Positions 39,101 to 52,105 of a stretch of 64,000 bases of DNA are shown in pieces. The position numbers and the translations under genes were made by a program. The DNA lies in the NCBI RefSeq assembly GCF_964355755.1, contig NC_092672.1, positions 18,923,237 to 18,987,236 on the forward strand, given 5' to 3'. A model generated the notes under the pieces. That model saw only the letters and a program-made list of their open reading frames with translations. It made no database searches and was not told where the DNA came from. The stretch comes from Antedon mediterranea (Eukaryota > Animalia > Echinodermata). The number at the start of each line of letters is the position of its first letter. The stretch's first letter is position 1.

Positions 39101-42100
39101 TGTAAGTTACGGTAGCTTGAGAATGTGTAGTAAGTGTATGCCGTATCGTATCGTATACTTACCTTACCTTCAGCATCCCCTATCGTATACTTACCTTACC
39201 TTTAGCATCCCCTATCGTATATTTACCTTACCTTTAGCATCCCCTATCGTTTACTTACCTTACCTTTAGCATCCCCTATCGTATACTTACTTTACCTTCA
39301 GCATCCCCTATCGTATACTTACCTTACCTTTAGCATCCCCTATCGTATATTTACCTTACCTTCAGCATCCCCTATCGTATACTTACCTTACCTTTAGCAT
39401 CCCCTATCGTATACTTACCTTACCTTCAGCATCCCCTATCGTATACTTACCTTACCTTTAGCATCCCCTATCGTATACTTACCTTACCTTTAGCATCCCC
39501 TATCGTATACTTACCTTACCTTTAGCATCCCCTATCATATACTTACCTTACCTTCAGCATCCCCTATCGTATACTTACCTTACCTTCAGCATCCCCTATC
39601 GTATACTTACCTTACCTTTAGCATCCCCTATCGTATACTTACCTTACCTTTAGCATCCCCTATCGTATACTTACCTTACCTTTAGCATCCCCTATCGTAT
39701 ATTTACCTTACCTTTAGCATCCCCTATCGTATACTTACCTTACCTTTAGCATCCCCTATCGTATACTTACCTTACCTTTAGCATCCCCTATCGTATATTT
39801 ACCTTACCTTTAGCATCCCCTATCGTATACTTACCTTACCTTTAGCATCCCCTATCGTATACTTACCTTACCTTTAGCATCCCCTATCGTATATTTACCT
39901 TACCTTTAGCATCCCCTACCGTATACTTACCTTACCTTTAGCATCCCCTATCGTATACTTACCTTACCTTCAGCATCCCCTATCGTATACTTACCTTACC
40001 TTCAGCATCCCCTATCGTATACTTACCTTACCTTTAGCATCCCCTATCGTATACTTACCTTACCTTTAGCATCCCCTATCGTATACTTACCTTACCTTCA
40101 GCATCCCCTATCGTATACTTACCTTACCTTTAGCATCCCCTATCGTATACTTACCTTACCTTTAGCATCCCCTGTCTAGTCGGATGTGGCCCTCAAACCT
40201 TTGCCATTTCTTTCTGTTCAGTGCTGTCCTGACCAAAGTTGTACCTGTATAAGATATGATGTCGTCCCTCCATCTTCGTGTTTGCCTTCCTCTTCTTATT
40301 TTTCTTATTCTCGGCTGCCATTCTATCAATCTTTTTTGGTCACATCTGTTGTCTTCTATTCTTGCTATATGACCTGCTGTATCGTATAGTATATTAGTTA
40401 TTATTTAAGGCCATTATGCAAGTTCAGGATAATTTAAAATGGAAATGACCATGTATTATAAAAGATAATCTTTGTAGGTGTAATTTGTTGGATTAATTCA
40501 CTGAACCTGATGTGATTGTGTAAAATATAAACGAGAACCAAATTGTGAAAAGTATTTATTAGGTCAGACTAATGTCTTGGGTATCAACCTCAAATTTAAA
40601 GCCCGTACAAACTCTCTTGAACTCGATATACGAAAATTGTCGTGGTCAGCTGAATTTACTGGCATTTGTAAATTTTTCGATGATAATAAAACAAGGCCAT
40701 ATACCTTCTCAGTACATAACACCCGACGCCAATACCTCTCTATACTCACCAACCTCCACCCTTTTCAATAACACCCCACACACACTTTATAAACAAATTC
40801 TTCCCAGGTCAAATTTCAATTCAAGAGGGGCCTGGTTTAAGTACGTTGTAAACAGTGTAAATGAATAGGTGTCATATAGGCTGATAATTAAAATATCTAA
40901 TTTTGATAATGCGGCCCCCAGCCTTCTTTCTCTTATCACCATCCCAGTCACAATTAACAAACCTTAACTCCTCCCCTGGACAGATAAAATGTAGTAATTT
41001 TTCCTAATACAATTCCAATCATGTTATACTTCATTACGCCAGTATTTACACCCCTCCTCCTCCCTCCCAACACACCCCAGATACAGGGTGATTTGTTTAA
41101 GACGTTTCCAGTACAAATTATGTTAGCCATCACGCCCAACCAATATTCCCTCAGTGGCAGTTTTCAAATATAGTACAGTTTCGGTCATGGTGATAGGCCT
41201 ACATTCCCACCCAAACTCCCAGCCCCTTCCCAGGGATAATTAAAATACTTCATACCACAATTCTGGTCAATTTGATAGCCTACTACTAGCCTAAGCAAAA
41301 TCCCCACTATCCTCTCAACCCTAACTCCCACACCCTATTTCCCCACCCCCTCTCCCACCAAATCCTCTGACCTTTTGAAATGTAGTTTAAAACCTTTCCG
41401 GTACAATTTCGGTCTTTTTGATACCCCATATGTATGGTTACGTACAGAAACAGGAATTTGTATACCGAACAAACATCGAAAGTGGGGAAAAGTGTGCCAT
41501 TTTGGCCCCTAACTTGGATCCTATATGACAGATGATGTTTAAATATAGTTTAGAACTTTCGCGGTACAAATATGACTGTGTTAAGCTCTGTGTACACAAT
41601 CAAACTTTTTGCGACAAAAAAATATGATATACCTATTGGACATGATGACGTTATGACACTATCATATTTGGGCACATTTTTCTGTCAAACTAGTTTGATA
41701 ATACGAATTCCAGCAGTACTGTGTACTATGGAGTGCGGAAATGATTTTGTCGCAGCCAAAGATAAACCCTTGATAGAATACATTGGTCCAATTCACACAC
41801 ATGTTATTTCTTTTTAAATAAATTGAATTAGAGATTCCAGATTTCAATATTATGCAAAATGTTGATTTTATTTGTATTGATTTTGGAGGAATATTATGAA
41901 TGAAAGAATATTCTTTAGTCCATCGTTTTATACAACTAATTAACGTTTTCATATTCTAGAATACAAATTTAATGAAGACAGTTTGGAAGATAAGGTGGAA
42001 ATATATCATCACATTGTAGAAGCATTTAAATTTGCATACGCTAAGCGATCAGCACTTGGAGATGAGGATTATGTTGACGTTGTCGAGGTATATATTTACA

Positions 42101-45100
42101 TTTAGTTTCTGTTGCATAAATATATCCTCAGAATACGGTATTCATACCGTATTTTTAATCCCCCGTTTCTGCTAGAAGTACTATCTTGAGTGGTCTTGTA
42201 TCGTTGGCGATGTTGTAGCATAGTCTGCTTTTATTTTTTATTGACTGACTTATTGTATATAAAAAACGCCTCAAATTAAACTGGCTTATAGAAGTTGTCA
42301 AAATAATGAAATATAGATGATTTCTACATTTCACTAACTTTAACTTCCTTTTTTAGATAAGTCTTATAGTAAAAAAACAATAAATTTATAATTTTTCTAA
42401 TTTTAGCTCGTTAAGAATATGACTTCAGACATATATGCAAAAGAGTTGAAAAGTAAGATAACATACTACACGCACAACACGTCATACTATGGACCTTTAT
42501 TTGCAAATAATGAAGATTTCGGGACGGCGCATCTATCTGTTGTGGATGAAGATGGCATGGCGGTGTCAGTGACGAGTACAATTAACACACAGTAAGACGA
42601 TTTTGATACTAATAGTAATACTAAAACAAAGTAACGCTCACTCTAACGGCCAGTATTGGTTCATCAAATACATTTTACAAAATCAAAACGTAGCCATGGT
42701 AAAGAAATAAGTTTAATTGCACAAATAAAGTTACACTAAACATGAAAGAAGGTCACCTTAGAAAACAAGGCAATCTAACAACATGACGCTGAGCTCACCC
42801 AGATCAAAGGGTTTACCTCTAGTTTCGAATCACATTCCGCCCCCTAAACGCTTGACTGAATTTTGATTGGCCATTTGGCTTCCTCAAATGTTTAGTAATT
42901 CACCAAGGGTACCAAAAACGGTACCCTTAATCCACAATCTTCGCTTTAATCCAACACAGAGAAATCAGTTTAAGCAAATAGAACCACCAAAAGTGGCCAA
43001 CGGAAAATTATTTTAAATTAAAAAAAAGTCAATAAAGCTGGAATAAACAAAATAATATACAAAATTGTTCCCATCTCTTCACATCGATAGACAATATTGA
43101 CTATTCTCGTTACGTTCATGTTTCCACTAATATTTACAAATGTATCTTCCTTTTGAATTTGGTGGTTTATTTACATATTAACAAAATAAATTATAATGAA
43201 ATTATGCAAATAAAAGCGATACTTTTAATACCACCATAAAGTTGTCCCGAACTTGCAAGTTGCAAGTTACTTATATAGCTTCTATATGTTTGTTATAAGT
43301 TTTGGCTCTAAAGTTCGTGGGACACGAACAGGAATCATATTCAACAACGAGATGGATGATTTTTCAACACCTGGTACACGGAACACGTTTGGTGTACCTG
43401 CCTCACCATCAAATTTTATCAAGCCTGGAAAACGGCCTATGTCATCTATGTGCCCATCCATATTTATTGATGAGGAGGAAAAAGTGCGTTTGATAATAGG
43501 AGCGTCGGGAGGTACAAGGATAACTACTGGAACTTCATTGGTAAGTCTGTCAGGATGCCACATGTGTTGTGGTGGTGGTCCGTTACTTATGGGTAAGTCT
43601 GTCAGGATGCCACATGTGTTGTGGTGGTGGTCCGTTACTTATGGGTACGTCTGTCAGGATGCCACTTGTGTTGTGGTGGTGGTCCGTTACTTATTGGTAA
43701 GTCTGTCAGGATGCCACTTGTGTTGTGGTGGTGGTCCGTTACTTATGGGTACATCAGTTAGAATGCCACTTGTGTTGTGGTGGTGATCCGTTACTTATTG
43801 GTAAGTCTGTCAGGATCCCACTTGTGTTGTGGTAGTGGTCCGTTACTTATTGGTAAGTCTGTCAGGATACCACATGTGTTGTGGTGGTGATCCATTACTT
43901 ATTGGTAAATCTGTCAGGATGCCACTTGTGTTGTGGTGGTGATCTGTTACTTATTTGGTAAGTCTGTCAGGATCCCACTTGTGTTGTAGTGGTGATCCTT
44001 TACTTATTGGTAAGTCTGTCAGGATGCCACATGTGTTGTGGTGGTGGTCCGTTACTTATGGGTAAGTCTGTCGGGATGCCACTTGTGTTGTGGTGGTGAT
44101 CTGTTACTTATTGGTAAGTCTGTCAGGATCCCACTTGTGTTGTGGTGGTGGTCCGTTACTTATTGGTAAGTCTGTCAGGATACCACATGTGTTGTGGTGG
44201 TGATCCATTACTTATTGGTAAATCTGTCAGGATGCCACTTGTGTTGTGGTGGTGATCCTTTACTTATTGGTAAGTCTGTCAGGATGCCACATGTGTTGTG
44301 GTGGTGGTCCGTTACTTATGGGTAAGTCTGTCGGGATGCCACTTGTGTTGTGGTGGTGATCCGTTACTTATCTGTAAGTCTGTCGGGATGTCACTTGTGT
44401 TGAGGTTGTGGTCCGTTAAGTCGGCATAACAAGTTACTGACTTATTTCCACTGGGGTGCCACATAAAAATCAGAAAATGTGAGTAGTTACATTTTTAAAA
44501 GGTAAATGATTAAAAACCGAGACTTTAAACATATAAATATACACAAGAAACATTATATGTTTGCGGTTCTGCTGACATAAATGATTGTCACCGAGTTTAT
44601 TGGTAGTGTGTTTTTTTGCCTTTAGTTTTAGAACTCTTCTGATATTTGATTTCGATCTTAGGCGACAATGAATACTTTGTGGTTTGGCAAAAACATTGAA
44701 AATGCAATAAAAGAACCAAGAATCCACCACCAACTGGTGCCGATCTACATTGCATACGAGAAGGAATTCAGCAAGGTAAATGCGGTAATTCTTAAACTAG
44801 ATATCAGTGCATTGTAATATTATTAATGTTAGTTTTATATAAACTATATTTATTCACGAGACTGAAGTATACAGCACAAATCGGTTAATCAACATCGATT
44901 GTTTTTACCCAATTCGTGATATTACAAAAAAATTATAATTAGGCCTAATAAAACATTATATAAATACAAAAATAAGAGAATAAAAACTTGAACCCATTCT
45001 TTCGGACAACCCTTATTTATTTATAACAACATCTCTGAGTTGTGACAGTTCCTCGTGGTTTAAAAGTGACTCTTCCTGTATGAACTAGGCCGCCAATTCA

Positions 45101-45462
45101 GCGAGACAGTAAATTAACCCTCAACTCCTTGCAACTTCAAAACACAAGAAATGGAGGTTACTTTAACAAACGCATAAATGATTCATCACTATGTTTTAAA
45201 CGGTAGCAAATAATTACGGTGTTAGGAAAAGGTAATTGAGGACGTTTGACTCGTTATTAGGGATTACAGATCTATCTATCCTAAATATAAATGTCGATTA
45301 CAACTTTTTCCACAGGAAATACTCCATGGTCTGGAATCAAGACTACACGAAGTGAAGCAATCCTCTAGTTCAAGTGTTGTACAAGGAATTAAGAGGAAAT
45401 CCAACAACTATCTAACTGCTTATTGTGATGATAGGAAGGGAGGAAAACCAGCAGGCTATTAA
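27112..45462 (+). CDS. GGT1: Gamma-glutamyltransferase / glutathione hydrolase (GGT1-like), type II membrane protein, 11 coding exons, about 592 aa
   Basis: Exons: 27112-27155 (first exon less certain, phase-compatible), 30941-31105, 31530-31765, 32127-32319, 34551-34711, 35116-35280, 41960-42087, 42407-42591, 43300-43540, 44662-44775, 45316-45462. Motifs: N-terminal TM helix, [32 protein letters not shown], autocleavage site G|[54 protein letters not shown]. Confidence 0.93.
27805..28250 (+). mobile_element. Second copy of the tRNA-containing repeat (more than one monomer, different start point, internal deletions), abutting the Penelope-like element
   Basis: Starts TAGTGCTGTTCCGCCGTAC, passes the tRNA-like part and the AT-rich part, then re-enters the tRNA 3' half at about 28163. 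Confidence 0.8.
28257..30110 (+). mobile_element. Decayed, 5'-truncated Penelope-like retroelement (RT + GIY-YIG endonuclease + 3' pLTR region)
   Basis: Frameshifted RT with [12 protein letters not shown] (YIDD at 28667-28678), thumb [50 protein letters not shown], then GIY-YIG remnant [29 protein letters not shown]. Confidence 0.9.
29962..29998 (+). ncRNA. Minimal type I hammerhead ribozyme in the Penelope pLTR
   Basis: GCA-CTGATGA-A-GGGC(TAGTGTT)GCCC-GAA-AGCT-C-TGC: conserved core, 4-bp stem II, palindromic AGCT in place of stem III, 3-bp stem I. Confidence 0.7.
30288..30317 (+). promoter_or_regulatory. Tandem pair of AP-1/ARE-like elements (GTGGAGTGAGTCAGC x2) in GGT intron 1
   Basis: Exact 15-bp direct repeat; each copy contains RTGA(C/G)TCAGC. 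Confidence 0.4.
32896..32929. mobile_element. P-type transposon footprint: 20-bp perfect palindrome with 7-bp TSD
   Basis: GTACAAC + CATGGAGTAATTACTCCATG + GTACAAC. Confidence 0.75.
34123..34300. repeat. Degenerate about 30-bp tandem repeat
   Basis: CATGTTCATTT..GACCGATTCCTTTC repeated about 6 times. Confidence 0.8.
35532..37064. repeat. 38-bp minisatellite, about 40 copies (GGT intron 6)
   Basis: Unit TTGTTTGTCTC(G/T)TGTGTGTGCCTCCTGTAGCCCAACCC; explains the 417-537 aa ORFs in all three minus frames. Confidence 0.98.
38446..38997 (+). mobile_element. Helentron-associated (DINE-1/HINE-like) non-autonomous element
   Basis: T-run start, AGTCGCGT..ACGCGACT hairpin, (GGTT/GGTC)n microsatellite, 3' ACGCGACT subterminal inverted repeat plus GCCAT..ATGGC stem-loop ending in TT. 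Confidence 0.65.
39149..40172. repeat. 32-bp minisatellite, 32 copies; unit = LINE TSD + LINE 3' tail
   Basis: Unit TATCGTATACTTACCTTACCTT(T/C)AGCATCCCC; 1024 bp; the last unit is continuous with the RTE fragment. Confidence 0.97.
40150..40378 (-). mobile_element. 5'-truncated RTE-clade LINE 3' end
   Basis: Minus translation with frameshifts [28 protein letters not shown]...RTALNRKKW, typical of an RTE ORF C-terminus; (GTAAG)2 tail; 10-bp TSD GTATCGTATA at 39148-39157 and 40379-40388. Confidence 0.85.
43538..44418. repeat. 52-bp minisatellite, about 17 copies, beginning at the GGT exon 9 donor site
   Basis: Unit GGTAAGTCTGTCAGGATGCCAC(A/T)TGTGTTGTGGTGGTG(G/A)TCCGTTACTTAT(T/G); GT at 43541, 43593, 43645, 43697 and onward. 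Confidence 0.96.
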
Positions 45463-46869
45463 TTTACGTACCAGTACATTTTTAGAAAACCAATACATTG
45501 CCTCATGTGTAGACTTTCGTTAGTAGATAATGTCTTGAAGTGTCAAAGATGCTCTCCAGATGAAATAGTGTATCCTGAGATGAGAGCGGGTCATATAAAT
45601 TGTGTTTTGTAATTATGTTATTTTTCTGTTTCGAAACAAAAGATTGAAAGAATGAATAAACGAGGGAAACCCTGGAAATGGTATTACGTACTACAACCAC
45701 TTTTTTTACTGGATAGGAACCACCGCTCCTTAACGCCAATTGATTGTAAATGAAACCCATTTAATTTCAAGACATTGCGCTCCATTTGTACACACTACAA
45801 TTGGAAGTGTTACCCGAAGTTTTCCACACACAAACGGCGTGAATGAGGTATGCCTAATGAAGCCCGACTGGTTATCAATATCAACTCACATAAATTTGTA
45901 TGCGGGTCAGCACCAGTGCTAACAGAACCTGTAATCAAAATTCATTCATAAAATAATACGTTATAATTTTTAAAAGATCTTTAATATCAATATTATTTTC
46001 AGTTAATCAATTATGCTATAATGATACAGTATAAGCAAAAATCAATACCACACTACAAACGAATACTTGGAGAAAAGTGATACTATATTCAAATTTAGTT
46101 TAATTTCAACAAAAATATGAATATTAACAATAGCGATGATACTATTATAATTTCCACTTTACAATGGTTCACTAATAATCTTAGTAAAAATGTAATAACA
46201 CGAACCATATTTTACCATCACCGCCCTGCTCTCTCCATTGCAGTATAATGTATACATTTTAAGAGTTACAATTTTGTTGGCAATACAATCTGCTACAAGA
46301 AAATATTATGATTAAACTAATATTGTTACTTACTACTAATTAAAATAGATAAAATTCCAATAACAGAATGAAAATTTACCTTGAATACACTATAATTTCT
46401 AAACAACTTTTTCCTTTTACCTTTCCTTAGCTATTGTTAAAAACGGTTTATTTTATCAAATTAATTATGTTTTGGTTCACATAGATGTCTAATTCTGTAT
46501 AGCTGGTTTCACATAATTATTTTTAAATGTGTATGATCAACAAACTCCAAAGACAGAGAGCAAATACATCAAATATTTCCATAAAATAGTCAAATACTGT
46601 ATTTTAACAAAAAATAATAAAATTAAATCTGAATATCCATTACTCAGAGTATTAAATTACCTACATTTATTGGAATATCAATGCATAATACTTTATATAT
46701 TATATATTTTGGTCAAAATACAACACATTTAACGTAATCTACTCTCGCTTTAATTTTTAAAAAGTAACACATTTTAGGTGTACATAACTTCCACTTCAAT
46801 GTTAATATACCGTAAAACATTGAACAAATTCCAAGTGAGCTAGTTTACGAGGCTTTACACAACTAAACA

Positions 46870-47991
46870 GATCTTTAGTAGTCACAGTTACTGAAGACCA
46901 CCAAAAAAGATCTTTAGTAGTCACAGTTACTGAAGACTACCAAAGAAGATCTTTAGTATTCACAGTTACTGAAGACCATCAAAACAGATCTTTAGTAGTC
47001 ACAGTTACTGAAGACCACCAAAAAAGATCTTTAGTAGTCACAGTTACTGAAGACCACCAAAAGAGATCTTTAGTAGTCACAGTTACTGAAGACAACCAAA
47101 AAATATCTTTAGTAGTCACAGTTACTGAAGACCATCAAAAAAGATCTTTAGTAGTCACAGTTACTGAAGACCACCAAAAAAGATCTTTAGTATTCACAGT
47201 TACTGAAGACCACCAAGAAAGATCTTTAGTAGTCACAGTTACTGAAGACCATCAAAAAAGATCTTTAGTAGTCACAGTTACTGAAGACCACCAAAAAAGA
47301 TCTTTAGTAGTCACAGTTACTGAAGACCACCAAAAAAGATCTTTAGTAGTCACAGTTACTGAAGACCACCAAAAAAGATCTTTAGTAGTCACAGTTACTG
47401 AAGACCACCAAAAAAGATCTTTAGTAGTTACAGTTACTGAAGACCACCAAAAAAGATCTTTAGTAGTCACAGTTACTGAAGACCACCAAAAAAGATCTTT
47501 AGTAGTCACAGTTGCTGAAGACCACCAAAAAAGATCTTTAGTAGTTACAGTTACTGAAGACCACCAAAAAAGATCTTTAGTAGTCACAGTTACTGAAGAC
47601 CATCAAAAAAGATCTTTAGTAGTCACAGTTGCTGAAGACCACCAAAAAAGATCTTTAGTAGTCACAGTTGCTGAAGACCATCAAAAAAGATCTTTAGTAG
47701 TCACAGTTACTGAAGACCACCAAAAAAAATCTTTAGTATTCACAGTTACTGAAGACCACCAAAAAAGATCTTTAGTAGTCACAGTTACTGAAGACCACCA
47801 AAAAAGATCTTTAGTAGTCACAGTTACTGAAGACCACCAAAAAAGATCTTTAGTAGTCACAGTTACTGAAGACCACCAAAAAAGATCTTTAGTAGTCACA
47901 GTTACTGAAGACCACCAAAAAAGATCTTTAGTAGTCACAGTTACTGAAGACTACCAAAAAAGATCTTTAGTGATTAAAGTTACTGAAGACC
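46870..47991. repeat. 39-bp minisatellite, about 29 copies, between GGT and SH2B 3' ends
   Basis: Unit AGATCTTTAGTAGTCACAGTTACTGAAGACCACCAAAAA. Confidence 0.97.
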
Positions 47992-50915
47992 TTCCTGAAA
48001 GATGCGTAGCGCTCAAAGTCATGTATACTGTTCAGATAGATTTGTAGTGGTCAAAGCTACACAGAACTTTAAGAGGGATCAATTGGACAAAGCTTTGCAG
48101 ACATCCAGATATCTTAAGTGGTGAAAGAGACATTTCAGAGAGTTTGTTAATGATCAAAGGTAAATATCTTTCTGTTCTATATTGACTACTGTTGACAAAT
48201 AGAGGAATGCAAAAAACAACCAAAACGAAACATTCTTTTTAAACACAATTATAAAATAATTAAAATAACATGAAACAGATATGTATACGATAAACCGTAT
48301 TGTGGATTCTATAGGCTAATTGCACTTCTACTTATTGTCTTATGTTGGCTCAAATGAACCACTTCTTTAAACTATTATATACTGATTGAGTTGTTTACGT
48401 TCACCATACTTGTCCACATGTTATTTCGATTCATCATTCTGCAATTTATATATTTAAACAAACTCAGAAAACATTATAAAAATGTTTTACATCTAAATAA
48501 AATCATACATTTCATAAATCAACACAAAATAGCTTTAAAGAAAGCAGCTTAATATGTAATAACAAATTCAATTGCAGCTTATTAGTTTATTTCAAAGAAA
48601 AATATTTGTATTTTTAAAAGAACTAAAAGGGACATACAAAATAAATATTTCAGTAAAAAAAAGCCTAAAATTATAACAATAGCATACACAAACTAAAACA
48701 AAATAAATAAAAATATGTGTAGTGTACTTGCAAGCTAAATCTAAACTTACTTCCACACTAACAACTCTTATTTTTTTATATTGTTTGTGTCGGGTCACCA
48801 GACCAGATGTGGGATTGGTGTGAAAGCATTTTTTAGGTCATGAAACTTTATATAAATGTTTTATTAATCTATAATAATTAACAGAACTAATACTTTTAGA
48901 AGGAAAACATATGAATTACACTTTAAAGCCAAATTATCCTCTACAGAGTTGCAATTGCTTATTGGACAAAATGTCCACTTTGTTTAGCAACAATAGTTGT
49001 AACAAGTTAGGTTAAATACAAAAATATGTATAGTTTTAATACTAATATTTCTACTAATGGTAAATAACATAACATTATATATTAGACACACACAATAAAA
49101 AATATTTGTAATAAATATTAATAATAACACTTATATTATTATATATAAACTTTCAGTATTTAAAAATAACAAAAACACAGTCTGATTTGATATGTTTTCT
49201 TTCATGTATGTGGGAACATTGTTTGATATGTATAGATCTTGGCTATAGTTTAATTTTTAAAAGAAACTAAATTTAATACCATTATAATTAATGTAAATTA
49301 ATTTATTTTATTGTTTTTCATCAGCCAAATAAAACAACAATTATTTCCTGTATTTTATTCAATTACCTGAACCAATTTGATTTCTAATTTTTAAATAGCC
49401 AATAATGGATTGCTATAAATAATATAAAATCTATAGCATGGAAAGATTGTGAATAACAACAGATTGAATGACTTTATATCATGATATCTCAAGATTATTA
49501 TGATGATGATGTTACTATATTATAATACCTACCATAGAGATGACTATGGTGAAGATGACTATGATAGAGATGATTATTATGGTAAAGATAATTATGATAT
49601 AGATGATTTAGATAGTTATGATGGTGAAGATGATTAAAGATGACAATGATTTACATGACTAATGAGGATGATGATTAAAACATTCACAAGCTAATATAAC
49701 ATGGAAACTCCATTAATGGGCATATTATGTAAAACTATGTTTATATTTCAGGTTATGAAACAATAATTAATTTATATATTAATACGTACAATATCTTTGC
49801 AATTTAACCTTCGATTAAATGTATAACTATCAATATCATGAGATAACCAATATTCAAAAGTACTGTGGCTTATGAATGCTAAAATAAAATATAAAGCTAA
49901 TCAAATTGTTTTGCGTAATGTAACTGATTTAATAGTTGCTTTTAATGTCTTAAAAAACATAATTACATGAATATTTATTCACTATGGGTGTTAACCTTGC
50001 CAATAGATAATATATATCATTTTACAATATTTAATTGTTTTCTATTATACATACTGTAACAAATTCTATGTGATTTGGTAATATTAAATTGCTACTATTG
50101 TTATCAATACAATTTAAGCCTGTGGTTAATGTTACCTTATTGTGCTATCTAAGTTAATAGGGTAGCTAGCTCTGGGTTTAACATTTCTATTGTTTATTTA
50201 TCAAATACAAACCTTTGCAACAACATTCATAACAACACTAATACTTTCTGACAGTGGAGAAGCAGACCAAGCCCTTTATAAAAAAATGGTTTTAAAGGAC
50301 TTTTAAGGCAAGAAAAAAGTCTGGTACTACTGTACCACTTTAAAAAAGAAGGGACGAAGCATGCTTTACTATTGTCAGAAAATAAGTCTGGTTATAATCA
50401 ATATTGTTGAAAAGATAATAGAAATGTTACACCCGCACCTATTCTTTCAACTTGCAAACTTTTATCATTAATTTTTATTTATGGGCAGTAGAAATTGAGT
50501 GTTAAATGTAAATATTAAATAAAATTTGGTATTTGAACTTGAATTGAAAATATTCCAAGTATTAATTTTCAATTTTTAGCTGCAACAAAAACTGCGATAT
50601 TGTTTACATGAGCCTGATTTTGATTGTTATAAGCAATATTGACATATTTGATAATCAGTGAATTTGTGTCGTCAGTAAAAAGAGGTCTCTAATTCCCTGA
50701 TTTTGGTATTTGATGGTGATTAATGAAATCTAATGAAATGATGATTTAACTTGACAACTAGGATATACTAACAATGCAACCAATGACAGATCATTTGAAC
50801 TACAGTATCACTAGTAATTGGTCCAAGTACTTTTACGTTGCATTTGAAATTCAAGTTTTGCTTGGGATATACCATAAAGAGGCAAAGTTAGCAATACTTG
50901 ACATTCTCAAATAAT

Positions 50916-51117
50916 TTGCTTTGAATTGCATGTTATTAATATCCATGATCACATCTTATCAATACTTGCTTTGAATTGCATGTTATTAATATCCATGATC
51001 ACATCTTATCAATATTTGCTTTGAATTGCATGTTATTAATATCCATGATCACATCTTATCAATACTTGCATTGAATTGCATGTTATTAATATCCATGATC
51101 ACATCTTATCAATACTT
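50916..51117. repeat. 50-bp x4 tandem repeat
   Basis: TTGCTTTGAATTGCATGTTATTAATATCCATGATCACATCTTATCAATAC x4. Confidence 0.95.
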
Positions 51118-52105
51118 ATTCTTAGCATGAAAACTCACTCATATAACCAATCATTTTTTGATCACAACATATATCGAAAAGAATGTTTACCTGTAAAAAT
51201 TTAACTAATTATTTAATACTTATTTATTATATTTTTATTTTAAAATTTAATATTTTTGTATGCTGCCAATTGCTATGATAAAATTATAATATTTAAGTTA
51301 ATAATTTCTCAGACTGTAAAAATAAAATTGTACTGTATTGGAATTTTCAATGCCCTGTAAACATGTTCTATCCAGTAAGAATTTACAGGTATTATTATTA
51401 TTTAAATGTTTGAGTGTATTTAAATAAATACCACTGCACAAACAAAAATGCATGCACAAATAAATTACCAAAATGTGTATTCTAAGAATTATTTGCCAGG
51501 ATGTATTTTGTAACAGAAATGCTACAGTATTTTTGTTACAAGCAGCGTTTAATTAGTAGTGTAGAACACAACGTTTCATTACTAAAATATGTCTCATATT
51601 AAAATCAATACGTTCTTAGACTAAACTTTAATCTGTAGTTTGGTCTAAAGATTAGCAGTAAATTGATTAAAATACTGTATAAATAAATGTAATCACTAAA
51701 AGGAAACAAACTACATGATACAAAAACAAACTGTGGGAAGTTGGTGAACACAAACATTCAATTGCACCTCAACAATAATGCTGCTCACTTTACAATGAGT
51801 CCTCACATAATAATAATAATAATAATAATAAGATGTTATAACAGTATTAATAATGTTTACACCGTTATTATTATCTTCAATAAATTGTCCTTTATGTTTT
51901 ATAGTAAAATTAAATGTTGATAAAGCCAATAGATGGATTATTCCTTAAACGACCCAAAGAGCAATCCTACCAACCTCAACTGATGCATAGACCCGTCCTT
52001 GTCTGTCTGTCCGTTCCAAACTCAGTTTTAATACATTCAATGTATTCTAATATGTCCTAGCATGGCAACAAATTACATAAAACCCACACACTTAGAAAAA
52101 CACTA

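Noticed and set aside
39149-40172. AAG|GTAAG donor-like motifs in the 32-bp array as splice decoys
   Set aside because: They lie on the strand antisense to GGT and are explained by the RTE (GTAAG)n tail.
45500-45930. Moderately GC-rich block just after the GGT stop as an extra gene or exon
   Set aside because: All frames are interrupted by stops and no motif was recognised; likely UTR or decayed repeat.
46870-47991. CTGAAGA in every 39-bp unit as a possible hammerhead core
   Set aside because: No stem II followed by GAAA and no stem I/III pairing.
49490-49680. GAT-rich stretch resembling an acidic coding exon
   Set aside because: Low-complexity decayed trinucleotide repeat with stops and no splice context.
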